A stretch of DNA of 60,712 nt, counting the filler. It is 6 parts of 6 records of this genome, joined end to end, with 100 filler letters (N's around TTAATTAATTAA, not from the genome) between each part and the next. Parts side by side here need not be neighbours in the genome. Positions count along the whole stretch, not along the records: positions 26,008 to 32,543 come from SRR31156797_27854; positions 32,644 to 44,730 come from SRR31156797_27875; 4 more parts are not named here. The stretch is one strand, 5' to 3'. This document shows positions 29,650 to 42,300 of the stretch, piece after piece (the first letter of the stretch is position 1; each line of letters begins with the position of its first letter). The notes beneath the pieces are model-generated. The model ran no database searches. It was not told where the DNA came from and saw nothing but the letters and a program-made list of their open reading frames with translations. The position numbers and the translations under genes were made by a program.

Positions 29650-32543
29650 TTAAGTTTGTTTTATCGTATAAAATTCAATTTGTTTTACTTCGCCGGTTCG
29701 GCTAAATATTTTTGCACAGCTAGCAGCATCCATAGTATTTCCTGTGAAACGTTGCACACTGCCATCGACAAATTTTACATTGATAAACTCTTCCTTATCA
29801 ATAGAATAAATCACAGGAACCTGACAAACTGTAAACGCTAGCTGATTAGGCTCAAGCTTAATTTTTTGAGTGTTGCCTTTTAAGTCGTTGTATTCAAAAA
29901 TCTGCTGATTTTGGAGCCACTCATTGTTGTTCAGTAAAATGGTGTTAAACATTATTTTCCCATTTTCTACGTGAACACCCAATTCTCCAAAACGCGAAAT
30001 CACATCTTCTTTTACCTGGCCCGTTAAACCCGGCTGTTTGGCACCGGCATTTCCGGGAGTGTGTGAATAGGCATCGGTTGGAAAAGCACCATACAATTCC
30101 GGCGACTTATACAATCCAATTCCGGCTTTAATCTCATAGTAATGTTGCTGCAAGCTGCCTAGCGTTTCTGCGTCTGCGCCCTCACTTTTTCCTTTAAAAT
30201 AACATTCCTGAACGGCCAGTAAAAGTTTCGACACCATGTGCCAGTAAATACTTCCCAAGCCCTCATAAGCGAAAAAAGTACCCGAGCGCCCAGTGAAAGA
30301 TTGGTGATCGAAAATCTCTTCGTAAATATCCGAAACCAGTTGTTTTTGCTCCTGAACGAGCTTTCCGTACTGTGCCATATCCAGCTCTTCCAATGCATTT
30401 TTCAGCAACTCTACATTTCGGAATGTTCCGTTAAAATGACAGGCTCCCGAATCATCTTTTTGAATAATCCCAGACTTGTTATCGGCCAATAACTTCTGCA
30501 ATAACTGTGATTTTTTGAGCTGTGCCGCAGAAATATTGTTCTTGGCGATAAAACGTGGCAAATCACGATCAGGATAAAGAATATAACTGTACTGATCTTC
30601 ACGGAACAATCTGCTGGCTTTTAGCGCATTCATCACCTGCAAGCTCTCACCGGCAGATAAAAGCCCTGAACTCAACACTGCCACCTGCCCTTCCAACATT
30701 TCGTATAAATACCTGATTGATATACTTTCTCCCTTAAAAGCAACCAGGTTGTAAGCATGATAAAGACCGTCTTCGCGTTTATTTTTTTGAATTGATTGAT
30801 CGATATATTTTAGTGCGAGGTTTATAAAACGACCCAAATCATCGCTTGTAATTTTCTCTTTTTTCGCTAAGAAAGAATTACCATAAATTGTATTTCTGTA
30901 ATCGCTTCCTGCAATTCCCAAAGCACTTGTTACCCGATAGCGTTCTTCGTTTGAAAAACCTGTTGCAATTTGCGGAAGGTGTGCTTCAAACACTTCAAAT
31001 ATTTTATCGAAAAGGATTTTCAGCTCTTCCGAAACAGAATAATCTTCATCGTTTATTGTATTGAACTTTTCTTGCCAGAATGCCAGGAAACGCCTCAGGT
31101 AGTACAATGTAACCATCGATACTCCGTTGCCCACCAATGCATTGTTAGCATCGTTCCATTCCGGACGTTGAGTATTCAGCCAAATACCGGCTTCGGGGAT
31201 AAAATTGCTGAGTTTCGACAAAAGTGTGGCAAGGATTTTCTCCATCAGATTTGCCTTATAAATCGTTCCGTTTTTATCGCATAGCAGCTTGCCATCGGCT
31301 CCTTTTTGTTGCACCAGCTTTTCAATTTTATTGTTCAATGCGACATCAAAATCAATTGTCGATTTAGGATCTTCAACCAGTTCCCCAAAAGATTTTATAC
31401 GATAAGGCACATTGGCGTAAACAAAAATCTCTTTGCCCAGCAGTTCATTAAGTTTCCCCGGGTGAAAAGCTTCCGATTGCTCAAGAAACTTCTGCAAATA
31501 AATAATCTGATGGTCACCCCAGTATCCAATGTAAGCCCACGGATCATTCGGATCAGGACTTTCCCAGTCGATACCATCGCGGGTGATGCGATATGGATTG
31601 TAACCATCGGCAGTTGATGCATTTACAAATTTGGCCATAATACCTTCAATGTATTCCGGAAACGACAAACTTAAGGCTTCCCAGTTTTGAAAGATATCGC
31701 GCCAGTTACCCTGATAATTCAGCTTATCTGAGCCATCATCATTTTTTGTTTCAATGGAAAACTGATTCCACGGGCGACTGGGATCGCCATGACGACGACT
31801 AAATGTAAGCGGCAGATATTCGTAGCAAATACGTTCCAAATCTGCATTGGCTAATTTTCTGCCCCAATCAAGCAAAGCGTTGTATTCAATTTGCTCCGGT
31901 AAGCAATTCAATTCGTTAACAAACTGCTGCTCAATGTCCTTATTTGTCTGGCTTACATAACGTCTGAAATCGGCTGAATCGACAGTATAATTTTTGGTAT
32001 AAATTCCGCCCCGCATTACATTAAATAATGTGTTCGAAAAATGGCGGGCAAAACCGAGCTCTTCGTTCCCAAGCTGCAATCCATCGGCGTTTGCAACAAT
32101 ATTAATTAGTGCTTGTGTTCCGAAAGCAATATCTTCTTCCAGTTTTCCGGCAATGTTAGCATCCGATTTAATCCATTTATCAAGATTCGCCACATCTGTA
32201 GCATCCTGATTTACTTCAGCTACTGTATACCATTTTCGTTTGTCGTTCTTATCAAGCGTCAATGCAACATTCAGATAATAAGCACCTCGCGCTGCCCGAA
32301 CATCCAATTCAGTTTCTACCTCTTGCCCCGAAACAAACTTTTCCAATTGTTTATCTGAAACAAGGTATTTAGCCGATTTTTCGTGTAAACTCGACCAAAC
32401 AGTTGTTGTTTTCAGTGCTTCGCTGGGTTCAGCACGATCAACAGGAATAGAGCTTAGAACAAAGAGCCCTATTTTACTTTCAGGTAGCAGCTCATTCTTT
32501 TTATAGGCATCAAGTAGATTGCTGAATTCGTTCTGAAATACAC
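29650..32543 (-). CDS. Probable beta-1,3-glucan phosphorylase (GH149-like), 5' truncated
   Basis: Frame is open to the contig edge. LPLTFSRRHGDPSRPWN, YQGNWRDIFQNWEAL, QRPEWNDANNAL, YEGLGSIYWHM, FPTDAYSHTP, QPGLTGQVKE, plus the GH17/MFS context. Confidence 0.8.
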
Positions 32544-32667
32544 NNNNNNNNNNNNNNNNNNNNNNNNNNNNNNNNNNNNNNNNNNNNTTAATTAATTAAN
32601 NNNNNNNNNNNNNNNNNNNNNNNNNNNNNNNNNNNNNNNNNNNTGTATAAGAAACTAATTAAAATTT

Positions 32668-32687
32668 ATATAGGTTGGAGGGGTATA
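32668..32687. promoter_or_regulatory. CsoR-like operator, second copy
   Basis: Reverse complement TATACCCCTCCAACCTATAT matches 32925-32944 at 17 of 20 positions. Confidence 0.55.
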
Positions 32688-32691
32688 ATAA

Positions 32692-32907
32692 TTATTGCTT
32701 TTCTATACCTACTAATTCATAACCTTCTTCGTCAATTAATTCAATTAGTTTTTTATCTTCAATTTCTGATTTGAACTCTACGACAGCTTTTTCATCAGCC
32801 AGATTAACATCAGCTAATATTACTTCATCTAATTCTTCTAGAGCTGATTTTACATGATTAACGCAATGATTACATGACATACCTTTAATTGATAAAACTT
32901 TTTTCAT
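32692..32907 (-). CDS. copZ: CopZ-like heavy-metal (copper) chaperone
   Basis: GMSCNHC HMA motif, GY loop near the C-terminus, GGAGGTG RBS, 71 aa. Confidence 0.88.
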   Translation of the reverse strand: MKKVLSIKGMSCNHCVNHVKSALEELDEVILADVNLADEKAVVEFKSEIEDKKLIELIDEEGYELVGIEKQ

Positions 32908-32924
32908 ATTTAACACCTCCGAAA

Positions 32925-32975
32925 TATACCCCCTCTACCTATATTCATTATAGTATTTTTTATTTCAAAAGTCAA
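32925..32975 (-). promoter_or_regulatory. Sigma70 promoter of copZ with an adjacent CsoR-like operator
   Basis: Minus strand TTGACT-17 nt-TATAAT (32975-32947), then a C/G-tract box TATACCCCCTCTACCTATAT at 32925-32944. Confidence 0.7.
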
Positions 32976-33397
32976 CAAATGCCAATAAAAATTTGAAAAA
33001 CATTAAATTAAATATTTTATATGCAAAATAGAATGTATAATGAGATACTAATATGAAAATATACTTCTTAGAAGAGAGAGGTAATTTTTATCAATGACTT
33101 TTAAACCCTTGTTTTTGTTGGATTTTTTACAAAAAAACTACAAAAAAAACGTTTTATTTGGTCGATAAATATGGTATGATATAAGTATAAGAAAAGATGT
33201 TAAAATGTCATTGAAAGGATTAATATTTTGAGCAGAAATCGTTTTCATAGACAAAAATAGGACTTAGTTCCAGATAAGGAACGTCGGGTGAAAAAAAGTT
33301 TAAAAATAGAGTGCACTTTTCGGAACAGGGTTCGATAAGTGTATCTTGTGATATTTTTTGAATTATTTAATATATAGTTTTTAGGAGGGCGTTTAAG

Positions 33398-36300
33398 ATG
33401 CAAAATTTTATTAGTTTACAGCGATGGAAGCGGTATTTATTTAATTTGTTTTTGATACTGGGAATGATAGGTTTTACTAGTTCAATGTATGCCAAATCAT
33501 ACAATGACATAACTTTTGGTAACGTTACTAGTAATGATATTGGAACGACATATGAGTCGGAGGTTTATTTTTCAAGTAGCTCAAAGGGATCAGAGTTTAC
33601 GATAACTATTACGAATATTTATAAAAGTGGAAGTACAGCATATTTGGAATTTACCTCTACGAAAAATCTGAATCATATTTATGGTACTAGTTCAGCAAAA
33701 AATAAAGATGATGAAGAACAAAGTTATATACTGCTCGATTCCGAGAAGATGGAATTGGTTTCTGAAAGCAACACAAGAGATTATGTTTTTAAAATGGACA
33801 ATGTGAGCACTAGTTTAGCTGATTTAGAATTTACGCCTCACTTAATTCATGGTAATAACATTATAGGTGGAGCGGTAACTACAACAGGGAATGATTCAGA
33901 TTACTCTATGGAACTTAGTGTAATAGATGCAACAGGAATTGTTTCAAGTAGAGAGTTTCTTGCAGTTGATGATGATGAAATATTTGAGGAAAGTAAAGTA
34001 GTTAAAGGTACGACAATTGTTAACCTTTCAGCTGAAAGTACAGCTGATGATGATGCAACAGCTTTATACTATCAATTTAATTCAACTCAAACAACGGATG
34101 AAAATAGTTGGGTAGAAGTAGTACTTGATTACTCAGATACCTCAGATGTTAACTTGGATAGTCAAGGATATTTAACATATAAATCCTATAACGTTGAGCA
34201 TATACCAGGTTTAAGTGATGGTTACTCAATAGATGTTGTTGATGAATATTGGTCAGATCGAGAAATAGTATTTGCGTATCCATTTTCAACAACAGGTGAG
34301 TTAAGTACAGAATTGTCTGAATCTGTTAATTGGAGCTCCGGTGATGGTGACAATACTTCGACATCTTATGGAACGTGGAGTGATATAGCTGATTACGAAG
34401 TTACTCAATTGCTAAGTGGAACTAAAAAAACGATAATTAAAGAGTGGCAACCTAATACTGTGTTTCTAGAAAACGATTGGATAAGTGGAGAATATAAGGC
34501 CTCATATAAATTTTGGGGATATGTTACTGTGCCTAAGACAGATACATACTACTTTGGAATGAGGGCGGATGATGGAAATCGTGGATACATTGTTATTGAT
34601 GGAGAAGAAGTGGAAATTGCAGAAAGTTTCCAGCTCCAAGGAAGTACATATTCATCTTCAAAAAATTCATTCTATTTAGAAAAAGGGAAATATTATCCGA
34701 TATATCTAGAATATTTTAACTGGGGTGGATCAGCAGATTATAGAGTTCTTTATAGTACTGATTCAGCAACTAGTGTAGAAAGTGAAAATACACAAGTTCC
34801 TGCAGACTGGCTTTACCCTTCGAATAGTACTTATCCAGGAGAAACATCTGGAGGGAAATTTTATGGGACAACACAATTACAACTTCCTTCTGACGATGGA
34901 GAGTACTATGTTGCAACAAAACTTGAATCTGAAAATAAGGTACAAGGAAAAACTGTAATTGAAGTAGAATTATCCGGTATAACAGGACCATTTGAAGTAA
35001 TTGATTATGATTCACTTACTGTTACAAAAGAAATTCTTAACAAAACAGTAACAAATGGTGAAGTGGTTATAGGAATAGATGAAACATTTACAGTTAGATA
35101 TACTCTTACACCGAAAGATTGGGATGAGAGTAAAGGTTCAGATGGAATGTCAATAACAAATATCAGATTAGCTGATATATATCCTACAGAAGCAGAAATT
35201 ACAGGTAATTCAGGATTTTCTGATATATCAATTGATAGTTCAACAGGAGCAATAAGTGCTCAAATAGCTGATATAACTTATAGCTTGGTAAATGGAAATT
35301 TAGTTGCTAATCCTGTGACTTTAGATATTACAGTTACTATCGATACAGCAGGGGAATATACATTTAGTAATTCAGGAAAATCAATAGCTAGTTATACAGA
35401 TGTTGATGAATATACTCAAAATGAAAAGGAATTTTCTCTACTTAATGTTGTAGTTGGGGGAGATATAACTAATTTAAGTATATTAGAAATCACAGATAAA
35501 GGTCATTCAGATCTTGAGAGTGTAATCCCCGATACTGTTAGCCTTACAACGATATCGATTAAACAATATGTTTCATTAAGAAAACAAATAGAAGGATTAT
35601 ATGATGTTGTTTATTTCGGAACTGGTGACTATATTGATACTGAATTAGGATCTGGTTCAGGTGGAGATGTAGGCAGACATGCAACAAGTGACATAATGAA
35701 TGATATAACGGATTTAAAAGCTAATGAAATAAAAAATAAATTCATTGCAAATGGATATTTAGTATTATTTCATGATGATATATTTGATGCTTCAAATTTA
35801 AACACACATTTTTCTACATATAAAACATCTGGAACATCAACTGTTAAAACAGTAGAATCTCCTAATGATGCACTAACAGCAATGTATCTTTATTCGGATA
35901 GAAGACCGACTTTAGAAGTAAGTAATACGTCAGACGGTGCAACATATAGTGATGGTGATAGTTTTAGTTTGACATATACAACAGATTCAGGTAGCTATAC
36001 TACAAAACTTTATGTCGATACTGACTATGATAATATAAATGAAAATTCAGAGATCGAAGCAACGAGCTCTACCGGAACAATATCATATACAATACCTCAT
36101 TCATTATCTGGTATTAGACCTTGGACGTTAGAAATAACTGATACTGATACTGGTCAGAAAAATATTAAAACAGGTTACTTTATAGTTAAAGATACAACTG
36201 TTGTAGTTGATGTATTACAAGTTACAGTTGATACGAATTATAAAGGAAGCTTAACAAACTCATCAAACATGACACAGGAATATTTAAGTGATGAAGATAA

Positions 36301-39300
36301 AGATTACCAAATTAACATTACTGTTATTGATATGGATACATTTAATAATACAGCGTATCAAAACATTAATGGATCATACGATATGATTTTATTCGGATTC
36401 CAAGATGTTTATGGGAGTAAAGCTCTGAGTGATGATGCTAAAGCAGCACTAGATGAATTCATTGCAACGGATCAGAGTGTTATGTTTACTCATGATATGT
36501 TATTCCAGAGTTCACCTACTTGGAGTGATTATCTAAGTGTATTTGGACAAAAAACTCCGGAACATAATTTAGGTAAAGGTGCACCTGCAACAACAACAAA
36601 CACTCAGAAAGTAAATGAAGGTATTATTACCATGTACCCATTTGATCTATCTGATAATATTAGTATTGCAACTACCCATAACCAGTATTTTACACTTGAT
36701 TTAGAAGATGAAGATATAATACCTTGGTATAATTTAAGTGGTAGTGATAGAGATGTATATGATAGTTATAATCATTATTATATATATTCTAAAGGAAGTT
36801 TAACATACTCAGGAACTGGGCATAGTGGAGGAAACTTCCCGGATTCGGAGCAACAATTATTTGTTAATACAATGTATCGAGCGTTCTTAGGAGCAAGAAA
36901 CCATAATCCAATAATCACAATTGTTTCTCCTGAATTAGATACAACTATTAACAAAGATGACTCACTTGAGAATAGTGAATTATTGAATCTTCAAGTTAAA
37001 ATTGAAGATTTAGATGTAGAAGATACGGAACTTGATGCTATAATCTATGTTGAAGGCATAGAAGTATATAATGGAACTGTTACAAGTGGAGATACTTTAA
37101 TGCCAGAGGATATGGACTTTACAAATGTTGTATTCGAAGGAAGAGATATAGATATTAAAGTTGTTGCAACAGATTCATCTAATGCAACAGATGAAGAGGA
37201 AGTAGCAATAGCTTATAATTCAAAATCAGCACCTGTGATAACAGCATTTACTATTAAAAATAATACGCTTGCAGAATTATTAGATAGTTTGAAAGATGAA
37301 AATGGTGGAACGCTATTTAATTCAACAGACGATTATTCAAACTATGACCTACTTAACGGAGGAGTACCTTATTTTAAAACAGGAGATGAATTAGATATTT
37401 CATTAACACTTACTGATGATAGTTTTTCAGTTGATGAAGATGGAAATATTAAACTTGATGAAAATGGTTTCCCTGTAGATATTAACTTCGATTGGACAGT
37501 GTTTGGCATAGTAGGTAATCCTGTTGTGGTTTATGATACTGAAACAGGAGAGTTAAAAATAGACTTCACAGTTACTGTAATAGGAACTACGGAATCAACT
37601 CAAACGGCACTGTTCTCAAGTGAAGGAATAGTTGATACGTATGGTAACACGACTGATACAAGTGATAAAGTTGGAGCTCTTGATAATACTCCGTTGTCAG
37701 ATGCAAGTGTTGAACTTGAAGAGGAAACAGCAGTTAAAAACGAATGGTATTTAGGTATTAAACACGCTGATGATTATAAATTAAAAATTACTAACGCATC
37801 GAATAATGCTTTGGCTTATATAATAATATATGACTATGATTACAGTAAGTCTGATAAGACTTCTGATACAAATGATCTAAATAATGCATTAAGTGGAAAT
37901 ACAAAATGGGTAGCTGTTAGAAATGCTGCTAATGAATTAGGTTCTACTTTAATAGAAGCAAATGACTCAACTCAGGACTTTAGCGGTAATGGATTTACTG
38001 TTGAAACAGGCAGAAATACGAATACAGCTATTAATCTAAGCTCGGCAGGTTATGTTGTAGTTCAAGACGGACAAGGGAACAGTAACACTATCAATATAAA
38101 TGCAAGCTCAGGAAGAGATACAGTTTATTTCAATGAAATATCAGGAAGTAATAACAATTATAATGGTTCGGGTAATAATGACACACTTTTATTAGGAAAA
38201 ACTCAATCTGAATACACGATTACAAATTACACTAATAATAATGGAATTATTTCCGCAAATATTAAAGATAATTCTACAGGCAAAACGTTACAAGTTAACA
38301 ATATTGAATCTATTCAATATGGCAGTGATGCAAGTATTACGTTACCAATAGATACAACAAATAATAAATATGACGGTCAGTATATTACCAGAAGAGTTAT
38401 TGCAATCGATAGAGCAGGAAATATGCTTAAGAGTGAAAGTGGTTCAACAACGGTAAGTAGTATTTCTGATATAACAGTTGGAACAACAGCAAAACTAACT
38501 CACTATGTGGATACAATTGCACCAATGGTTAAAACATTTACTATAAGCAACACTACACAGGGAACGAGTAGCGACTTGTTGGCTGTAAACCCTGATGAGT
38601 TCTATGGTAATCCTAACGACCAAGTTGTAATTGATTTAGAGTTTGTTGATGAGAATTTAGATTTAACGGATTTAACTTCAATTACAAGTTTATCAGTACT
38701 TGCGAATGCGGGAATTACTTTAAACTCAAATCTGTTTGATAGTACTATAGCGATAACAGAAAATAGTGGAGTTTATTCAATTAACGCAACTGTTAGTACT
38801 TTGTCTGAAAGTTATAGTGGAGACGAACTAGAAATTATTACGACGGCAAATATAATAGATAGGGCAGAGAATGCATTAACTGATATTTCTCGAAATATAA
38901 AAGTAGATAATACTCCACCATTAGTAACAGTATTTACAATAACGAATACAACGCAAAGTGGTTCAACAGTAAATATGTTATCAGAAAATGCAGATAGTGT
39001 AGCAGCAACGAATGGAGATTCATTAACGATCTCACTAACATTGAAAGATGCGAACTTTAAATCAACATCAGTTTTAAGTGGAGCAAGTTATACATTATCG
39101 CAATTAAGCACAATTTATGGAGTAAGCTTAAGCAGTAGCTTATTTGATGAAAACATAACATTGACAGTAGTAGATAATGAAGACGGAACGTTAACCTTTA
39201 CAATAGTAGCAATAGTAGCAACAGTAGGAAATACAGGAGATGGATCTACAAATATCTTCGACTCAGTAGCATTAGTAGATAAATTCGGAAATCAAGCAGC

Positions 39301-42300
39301 AACATCGAATGCAGTGACAAAAGATGATGCAGATCAAACAGAGATAGTACCGACATTGAGTCTTGACAATACAGCTCCGATAGTAACAGCATTTACAATA
39401 ACTAATAATACATTAAATAATATAAAAACAGCATTAGGAGTTACTACCGAAACGAGTAATATATTAAACGGAAATGAATTATATGCTAAAGCAAATGATT
39501 CGCTAACAATATCATTAACGATTAAAGATGATAACTTCATTTCCACAGGAGCTTTAACTGGTGCAAGTTATACGTTATTAGAATTATATACAAACTACGG
39601 AGTGAACTTAAGTACAACATTATTTGATAGTGCAATAACACTGACAGTAGTAAATAATGGAAACGGCACATTAACATTTACAATTGATGTAACTGTTGCT
39701 AGTTCTGGAAACGGAGCTACTTCGATATTTGAAGAGACGGGATTAATAGATAACTTAGGAAATAAGGCAAGTAATAGTTCAGCAATTACAAAATCAGATG
39801 GAAATGAAACAATACCAACGATAACAGTAGATAATACAGCTCCTGCTAAAGGAGATGCATCAATAGACTTAGCAACTACTACAAAGAATACTAGAGGAGA
39901 GAAATCATCGGTAGCATGGTATGTTGTAAAGTTAAGCTCAGATACTTCGGATTTTTCATATCAATTAGAGATTGATGAATCTAGTTCAACAGACTTAACT
40001 TTAGCCAATGTATTAGCGTATATAGTGATAGTAGATCATCCGGTTAGTGGAAATCAAACCATCTATATAACTAATGGAACAACAACTTCAACAAATGACT
40101 TGATAGCAGATATTCATAACGGTGCAGATGATGGTCAATATGATGTTGAACTGATTGTTATTGATAAAGCAGGTAACATAAGTGGTGGAATTACTGAAGC
40201 AGAATTGATAGTTGCAGACGATAAAAATAGAGTTTTTAACAATATTAACCCAGATGATTACACATATCATGTATTTGCTAATAGAGGCACATTAAATGTA
40301 GATATTACAACGACTAATTTAGCTCCAGATGTAGATGGAAAAATTAACGTAGATTTTAGTGTAGCATCATATTATTATATAATTGATACATCACAAGCGA
40401 CACCGCATAGAGCTATCCCTGACCTTGGGAAACTTGAAATTATAGTTGACGAAGATGAAGAGAATCCTTTCTACACTTCCACAGATTTAACAGGAACAAG
40501 AGTTACAACAGCTGAAGCCGACAAAGGAACGAATGAATATTATACTAAAACATTTAATATTGTATTTACTGACTTAGATCCTGATACAGCTACAGATATG
40601 TATGATAAGATTCTAGCGCTGGATACTTCAGGTTCTAATCCTAATTCTGTTACTGTTAAATTGAAAGCTACTGGTGAAATTACAAATGAAATTACCACAA
40701 CAGTATCTCAACCAGATGTATCAGTCTCGGGAGAATCAGTAGTACCGGTTATAACGGAATTGACTATAACAAATAAAACAGTTGAAGCAATGTATGGAAG
40801 TTTAGTTGGGCTGACTGATTCAACAGCTTTGAGTGCAGATTTCTATAGTGAGACTTACACAAATACTGGAACTTCGCTAGAGTCAACACTATATACTAAA
40901 GAAAATGATACTGTGGAGTTATTGGTAACATATACAGATGATAGTTTATCAGTGACTAATAATGAAATATTAGAGCAATTTGATCTTTCGTTTGTTGATT
41001 CAGGAGTCGCAACTATTAGTTCTAAAGAAATTGAATCTGGAGGAAGCGGCACAACCAGAGTAACTGTTAAAGTAATATTTGAAATTGATTATTCTACTGT
41101 AGATGGAGATATATCAAAACAAATTAATTTTGACATAAAGGATGCATATGGAAATTCACAAAATTTAGCATTTACATTTAGAATAGATAATGTTGCAATA
41201 AGTGATGCAAGTATACTGAGTTTTACTAAACCTGATGATACTTCAATAACTGAAAAAGTAGTAACATTTGAAACGGATTCTACTCCAGTTGTAACTACCA
41301 CGGAAACAGCTAGATATGTTAATAGATATAATGATGGAGGAAATTCTACTGAAGAAAGCTATGATTATACAATTAACTTGAATACAACAAATCAAAATTC
41401 GATAACGGCATATGTATTATTAATGATGGCAAGCGATAATAACCTTAATTTAACTAAGGATTCAAATAATATATACTGGGGTGCGATTAAAGGAAAAGCT
41501 GTTGATTCTAACACCGAATTAAAATTTGAATTGCCAGTAGAGATTTCTTCGAACTCGTATGACACGAGATACTTGGTTAAAAGAGTAATTGCTTTAGATA
41601 AAGCAGGTAACATAGCAGCATTTGATGGTTCAATAGGTTCTCTGGATAATTTACCTTCTATGATAAATACCTCTGAAACAGATACAGATCTGATTCACTA
41701 TGTAGACACAGTTAAACCTGTAATTGGTGGAGCTGTTGTTACTAAGGAAACGAATACTAACTATGATACATATAAATCAGAGGATCAATTAAGTATAACA
41801 TTTAGTGCTTCGGATGATAATTTATCAAGTGATGAATCTAATGACTATAATATAACTATTGCAGATGTTAAAATGGATGATTTGGCTTATACTTATATTA
41901 AAGATAATAATGGTAAACCGAGCGTTGTAACAATTAATAAATCTAACCATGAAGTAAGTGGCTTATCAAATGGAGATCATACAATAGAAGCTGAAGTTAA
42001 AGATTTAGCTGGTAATAAAGAATCAGCGGTATTGAAGACTTTCTCATTTAGTGATGCAGTAATAGCAAATGTATCATTAACTTTAGTTGGTTCTCCACTG
42101 GAGGATCCTTCAACTACTGTGAAAAGTTTAAAATCTACATCTAGAATAATTACTGCAAGTTATGTTAGTTTAGGCATAACTGTAACAGATGTTTCAGGAA
42201 ATGCAGTTCCTATTAAGCAAGTAACGGTGAACTTTAATTCGGGAGCTGAAACATTTGAACCGCAAGAAACAGATGCTACAGGTTCAGCTTCGAAAACTAT

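Noticed and set aside
33200-33397. Possible c-di-GMP riboswitch in the adhesin leader
   Set aside because: Only short dyads (GTTCC..GGAAC) were seen and I could not match class I or II consensus elements. An Rfam/Infernal scan would settle it.
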